DNA from: Octopus sinensis
Taxonomy: Eukaryota
Length of the DNA: 25,861 nucleotides
Assembly: GCF_006345805.1 (NCBI RefSeq)
Contig: NW_021835656.1
Location: 1 to 25,861 of the forward strand
Direction: 5' to 3'
The position numbers and the translations under genes were made by a program. Positions 20,298 through 25,861 of the stretch are shown here, one piece after another. The notes under the pieces were generated by a model, which searched no databases, had not been told where the DNA came from, and saw only the letters and a program-made list of their open reading frames with translations. Positions within the stretch are counted from its first letter, which is position 1; each line of letters begins with the position of its first letter.

Positions 20298-20379
20298 CCA
20301 TCAGAGCACTACAACAAATCACAACACATACCCAAGGCACACAGTAGTGAAGTGAAAGCACGCTATAAAAATAAAACTA

Positions 20380-20416
<37 letters not shown>

Positions 20417-20887
20417 GAGTGCATACCTCCACCAAGGTAGCACCAATGTCCTCTCAACGATTAGCCAGAGATAATTCTTTATAATGAGATTATCTGAAAT
20501 AAACTCGACTGCTCTCACAAACAAGAATACAAAAAATGAACCCGACCGCTCCCCAAAATTTAAAAAAAAAACCAAAAAAATCTGTCGTCGCAACAATTTT
20601 TGATTGTCATCCATGTTTTGAGAAATTCACGGGGACAGAACACTTCCTTTTCCACCATAAGTTTCCTTTTCAAGTGGAACTTTAGAAAAGACGATGAGGG
20701 CTTCAGCAACGAGGGTGTCAGGAGAAGAAATCTATGTATGTCGATATTTATGACGATAATGATGGAAATGACGATATGGTCGATGATAACAAAGATGAAG
20801 ATGACATGAGACAGACAGACAGACAGTCGCATAGATAACGGAGCTCTAACCTATCAGGACTTACATTATGTTATATAATAATAATAA

Positions 20888-21466
20888 TCTATATATATAA
20901 AGCTGAAGTTGTCTGTGTGTGTGGTAAGGTTTGGTAGCCTTCAACTAACAAACACCATCTTCTTCTCCTTAGACCCGCGGTGCAAGTTGGCCAAAATTGA
21001 GAGTATGCTAGAAGAAGGCTTGTCTCTTCCTTCCTTAGAAAAAAAATTCAATCGGACCATGTTAACACCAAAAAAAATTATTTACATGAAGTTGTCTGTG
21101 TGTGGCACGTTTGGTAGCCTTCAACTAACACTATCTCCCCCGAGACCCTGCGGTGCAAGTTGACCAAAATTGAGAGTATGCTAGAAGAAGGCTTGTTCTT
21201 CCTTCCGTAGAAGAAAAAATTCAAATCGGACCATGTTAACACCAAAAATTATTTACATCAAAAAGGTGCTTTATTTCTATGAAAAACCCGATTTTTTACG
21301 ATTTTTTTATTGCTGTGTCGCCATTTTTCAGTGTATTTCGACCAGAAAAATTTTCACTTAAAGAGAACAACAAGCTACATGATGTAAAATTTTTACTTTT
21401 CAAAAATTCTAATTCTAAAGGGTCGAAAAGAAAACAAGCCCGAGCAACGCTGTGCTATACTGCTAG
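20888..21466 (+). mobile_element. Non-autonomous Helitron
   Basis: 5' TC terminus (A|TCTATATATATAAAG), 3' CTAG|T terminus at 21463-21467, degenerate GC hairpin GCCCGAGCAACGCTGTGC about 8 nt before CTAG, insertion between A and T with no TSD. Internal tandem duplication at 20904-21086 / 21087-21258. Confidence 0.82.
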
Positions 21467-21618
21467 TATATATAATAAAAGCATGTATTGTCATTAATAG
21501 CCGACGATAATGCATCGTAGCTCTTCGCTCCGACATTCGAAACTCCGAGTATTATAATGACAACTTAATGCTTGTTCTAAATTATAAGACACACACACAC
21601 ACACATATATGTATGTAA

Positions 21619-21867
21619 GGTAATATTTATCCCCACTGAAAAGTGGATGCTGTGTTAGAGGACAAAATACTGTGTTATTTATGATGAGAGAGGCTCTCGT
21701 ATGGACTAGTGGTGCATGGCGGTTGCGGACGATTATCTCCCGCTAGCGATATAAACACGAGTGCTTATATGCACCACGAGTACTTTCGGGAGATTTTCTC
21801 ATGGTAACTAATGCAGTATTCTGTGTTCTAACACAAGATCTACTCTTAAGTGGAGATAAAGATTACT
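21619..21867. mobile_element. Foldback-type MITE with imperfect TIRs of about 100 bp
   Basis: Arms 21619-21717 and 21769-21867 are reverse-complementary along their length, e.g. GTAATATTTATCCCCACTGAAAAGTGGAT versus the reverse complement GTAATCTTTATCTCCACTTAAGAGTAGAT. No TSD was recognised. Confidence 0.75.
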
Positions 21868-21887
21868 CTTTGGTATTAGTAAAGCTT

Positions 21888-22252
21888 AACCACATGGTCA
21901 CGGGTTCAGTCCCACTGCGTGGCATCTTGGGCAAGTGTCTTCTGCTATAGCCCCGGGCCGACCAATGCCTTGTGAGCAGATTTGGTAGACGGAAACTGAA
22001 AGAAGCCCGTCGTATGTGTGTGCGAGCGTCTTTGTGTGTGTTTGTGTCTGTCCACCACCACCGCCCGATAACCGTTGTTGGTGTGTTTACATCCCCGTGA
22101 CCTAGCAGTTTGGCAAAAAGAGACTGATAGAATAAGTACCAGGCTTCAAAAGAAGAAAAAAAAACGTCTTGGAGACGGTCTGTCCGATTAAAAGCCTGCA
22201 AGGCGGTGCTCCAGCATGGCCGCAGTCAAAATTGACTGAAACAAGTAAAAGA
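21888..22252 (+). mobile_element. SINE family A, 5'-truncated
   Basis: Homology to family A from AACCACATGG to AAGTAAAAGA. Confidence 0.9.
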
Positions 22253-22388
22253 TGAAGCGATTAAGAGCTATGTGGTCTTCCATGCAACAGACGAGAGAAT
22301 TATTTTACATCAAATTTTATCGAGTCAAACAAAAAATTATTTTGATATCCAAGCACGAAATAATTATTTTTGCTGTCAGGTAAACCAT

Positions 22389-22777
22389 TATTCCATCAAG
22401 AAGACAAATTTAGGAGAAACTCTAGTCTCAGTTGGAAATGGCGATCTCTTACGAAAGACTCACGTGTTTTGTGTTAAGCAGCGAAACAATGGAATCCAGA
22501 CGACATCTTAGAAGACAAAAAAAAATCATTTTACAACGCCATGTCGTCTGCCTGGTGAATGTTAAAACAACGACCAACGGCCTCGGTCGAATAAATTTAT
22601 AGTCTGTAACATACAATGACTGCATACACCCAGATATCTGCATATATACACATATATTTTTGAACATATATTTGTGTATATATGTGCATGTATATATATA
22701 TATACATACGTGTATATGTTTCTATATATTTGTATATATGCGTATACGCACACATATTTACCTATATACACGTATAT

Positions 22778-22809
<32 letters not shown>

Positions 22810-22956
22810 CATACATACATATTATGTAATGATTCAAAATCAAGGTGCAGAAATGGTGTATTTCGAATGAATAAGGAAATATATATATATATTATATATA
22901 TATATATTTCCAACTGAGACTAGAGTTTCTCCTTAACTTGTCTTCTTGATGGAATA
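22389..22956. repeat. Short inverted repeat pair: 22389-22439 versus 22906-22956
   Basis: 51 bp with 2 mismatches. The right copy sits between (TA)n tracts. Confidence 0.92.
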
Positions 22957-22964
22957 TACACGTA

Positions 22965-23022
<58 letters not shown>

Positions 23023-23167
23023 TATGTGTGGACAAATATATACATACGAACACATAAATAGGAATGTGTGTGTGTGTGTGTGTGTGTGCCTGAAGAATTT
23101 CACGTTGCACATTTTCTGCTGTCTTTAGATATATTTGGTTGTTGATTTTGTGACAAAGAAACCTCCG

Positions 23168-23224
23168 CTGCTGAAGCTGAAGCTGCTGCTGCTACTACTA
23201 CTACTGCTACTACTACTACTACTG

Positions 23225-23258
<34 letters not shown>

Positions 23259-23267
23259 CACCACTAC
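23168..23267. repeat. Compound (CTG)n(CTA)n(CCA)n trinucleotide repeat
   Basis: Seen directly; boundaries approximate. Confidence 0.93.
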
Positions 23268-23574
23268 AGCTCTTTTTGTTGCCGTTATTGCATGCGTTTT
23301 TCGTAGTTCTACCGGGGAAAGTTACATGTTCAAATTTTGTGCTCCATCTTCTGCTTAAAGCGACTCCATTTCCTTCGCACTTGCCAGATGAATGCACAAT
23401 TTCGTGCGCTTCAAGTGGTGCCTTGTGGATATTTTGGTAAACATCCTGCCGTTGAACCACTCACAGACAACTCACAAAGAACATTCTCGAATTTCAACAT
23501 GCTAAGTTGAATAGCTCTTAGCTCGACCGAATGAAATAGCTACGCGATTGTATGCGCGGTATGTGCATTGTCTG

Positions 23575-23607
23575 TGTGTGTGTATATATATATATACACA
23601 CACATAA

Positions 23608-23638
<31 letters not shown>

Positions 23639-23894
23639 ATATATATATATATACATACACACATATATACACACATATATATATATATATATATATACAT
23701 CACACACATAATACACACACATATATATATATATAATATATATATACATACACACATATATATACACACATATATATATATATATATATATACACATACA
23801 CAACATATATACCACATATATATATATACATACACACATATACATATATACACACACACATATAATATATATACACACACACACATATATATAT

Positions 23895-23927
<33 letters not shown>

Positions 23928-23966
23928 TATATATATACACACACACACACACACACTCACACACAC

Positions 23967-23997
<31 letters not shown>

Positions 23998-24160
23998 TGT
24001 AGATATATAAACATATCCATATATATTATATACACACATATATACACAATCATAATTCATATATACATACTATACAAACATATGCATACACATGTACAAC
24101 ATGTATGGACACTTACATACACGCATACATACACGCATGCATACACATACATGTATATAT

Positions 24161-24193
<33 letters not shown>

Positions 24194-24200
24194 CACGTAC
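23575..24200. repeat. Long complex (TA)n/(CA)n microsatellite field
   Basis: Seen directly. It generates several artefactual YI/CV/TH ORFs. Confidence 0.97.
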
Positions 24201-25093
24201 GTACATATATATGTGCGTGCGTAATCGTATATATGCATAAAAGTGTGTCTTCAGGGAATGAAAAAGTCTAGTGGAAAAGCATGTATTCCAAAAATTGGTG
24301 ACCCAGATCTGATCACACACAGCCAGAAGTATTCATACGCGTACATACACGCAGTCACCCCCAGACTTTGTACTTGTATACTTTACAATGTTACAGTTTG
24401 ATAAGGAAGAGAAAGTATTCTCAGACACAAACATCTTCACCGTCTGCTCGTGCGACTCACCCGAACCAATATAATAATCCTTGCACACCAGATATCCTTG
24501 TCCTTAGTTTTCTACACCACCTGTCTTCGTCTTTTTTTTTTCGTGAATTCTCCCCTCCATACATACATGAGGTTGGGAAGCAAGCTTCTTTAACCAGACA
24601 GCCACGCCTAAGATCTTGTAAATCAGACCCGGTTGTCGTTTAGGGGCTAAGCCATTTTGTCATGTATTCGGTCTGTCAATCCTGGTTGAGGGTGCAAATA
24701 CTTGCAGAATACTTCGCAAATACAAAAACGTAGGCATCGAAATACTTAAAGTACGCTTCGGGGGTGAACACTACCAATGACAGATTAAGGGTAAATTGAT
24801 AAAGGAACGCGGAAAGGGCAGAACAAAGCCCTGATAAGATCTCAGACATACCAGGGTAGTTCCTTGGCTTGAAGCTATTTTCGAGACTGGAGACGCATGG
24901 TCGGGATGAAACAAATGAGGACCCTCGATTCACTCCCTTCTTGACCCCTTACCTGCCACCTTCAAACAGGTTGTGGCCAGACCTCTTTCGAGGCATCCTG
25001 TAATTTGCATCTGAAAAGTTGGTGATGCTACATGATGTACTGAATGCGCGATAGCTGAACCGCGATATATTGCAAGGGGTTACTTACTGTATT

Positions 25094-25491
25094 GTAGGGG
25101 TACTAGATCTGTGGGCAGACCGATCTTACGTTACAAGGATGTTTGCAAAAGGGACATGAAGGCCTGCAACATCAATATTAGCGGTTGGGGGGCAGTTGCC
25201 GGCAACCATGGAGACTGGCGACGTACCGTAAAAGAGGGAATACAAAGGAGTGACATAGAGAGAGAGAGGAGAAATGGAAAGACAAGAAAAGACGTCAACA
25301 AGAAACTATGGCACTACAACCAGCCAGGAACAGTCTTCGCTACATTTGCAGTACCTGCCAGAGGGAGTGTTTGTCCAGGATAGGACTACACAGCCACAGC
25401 AGGAAATGTATCAGGACATGAAATGTAATAGCCGGACTAGACTACTTTATGCGCAACTCCATTGTCTCCCGAGACAAAAAGGATGCCAACA
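25094..25491 (+). mobile_element. 5'-truncated RTE (BovB-like) LINE 3' end
   Basis: GRPILRYKDVCKRDMKACNI...W...A...WR..VK.G, then after a frameshift RYICSTCQRECLSRIGLHSHSRKC (RTE C-terminal CxxC...SH motif). Tail GAGACAAAAAGGATGCCAACA. 12-bp TSD ACTTACTGTATT at 25082-25093 and 25492-25503. Confidence 0.9.
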
Positions 25492-25510
25492 ACTTACTGT
25501 ATTACCAAGT

Positions 25511-25797
25511 GAAGGCGCGTGGCTTAGTGGTTAACGGTAATCAGTTCATGGTCGCGCGTTCGATTCCAGGCGTCGCGTTGTGTCAGTGAGCAAGACACTT
25601 TTAATTCACGTCGCCCCAGTCCAAATTGGCTGCCAAAACTGATTTGCAACCGTAATTTGAAGAGCTAGTCTTGTTACATTCTCAGCCATGCTGAATCTCC
25701 GTCAGAACTACGTTAAGGGTACGCGAGTCTGCGGAGTACTCAGCCATTTTGCACGTTAATTTTCACCAGCTGGCTGTTTCGTAACCGACGGAGTGTC
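25511..25797 (+). mobile_element. Old tRNA-derived SINE sharing the family B 3' tail
   Basis: A-box TGGCTTAGTGG and B-box GTTCGATTCC. The 3' part AGAACTACGTTAAGGGTAC...CGTAACCGACGGAGTG matches the family B tail, but the middle differs. Confidence 0.8.
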
Positions 25798-25798
25798 A

Positions 25799-25829
<31 letters not shown>

Positions 25830-25861
25830 TGTGCACTCAACGGATGTTGCTTATCGCCGTC

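Noticed and set aside
23125-23460. 111-aa minus ORF with poly-Gly/Ser
   Set aside because: About a third is trinucleotide repeat, the opposite strand is equally open, and no domain was recognised.
23518-24060. Several 117-180 aa ORFs rich in YI/CV/TH
   Set aside because: They are read-through of the (TA)/(CA) microsatellite field.
1-25861. CRISPR array, operon or prokaryotic defence-type system
   Set aside because: There is no regular repeat-spacer structure, no intact gene cluster, and the sequence is clearly eukaryotic repeat-rich DNA.

Overview
Eukaryotic, repeat-saturated non-genic DNA. The SINE families and the extreme (TA)n/(CA)n/(GA)n/(AAT)n load point to an octopus genome; this is recognition from memory, not a database result. 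No host protein-coding gene, rRNA, true tRNA gene or CRISPR array could be supported, and most ORFs in the supplied track are microsatellite or SINE artefacts. Supported content: about 20 tRNA-derived SINE copies or fragments from several families, some with clear TSDs; fragments of four retroelement types (Penelope-like GIY-YIG, Tx1/L1 endonuclease, CR1, RTE), two of which the ORF track misses; a hAT MITE with an 8-bp TSD; a non-autonomous Helitron; a foldback MITE; and one CpG-rich island with CTCF-, YY1- and RFX-like motifs. I found no new multi-gene system. The most interesting signals are structural: (1) two near-identical local inverted duplications that end in or sit inside (TA)n tracts; (2) hammerhead-ribozyme-like motifs in non-coding repeats; (3) a Tx1 LINE whose endonuclease is fused to its 3' end, with the RT deleted; (4) a two-subfamily chimeric SINE under one TSD; (5) closely spaced inverted SINE pairs that could form dsRNA.
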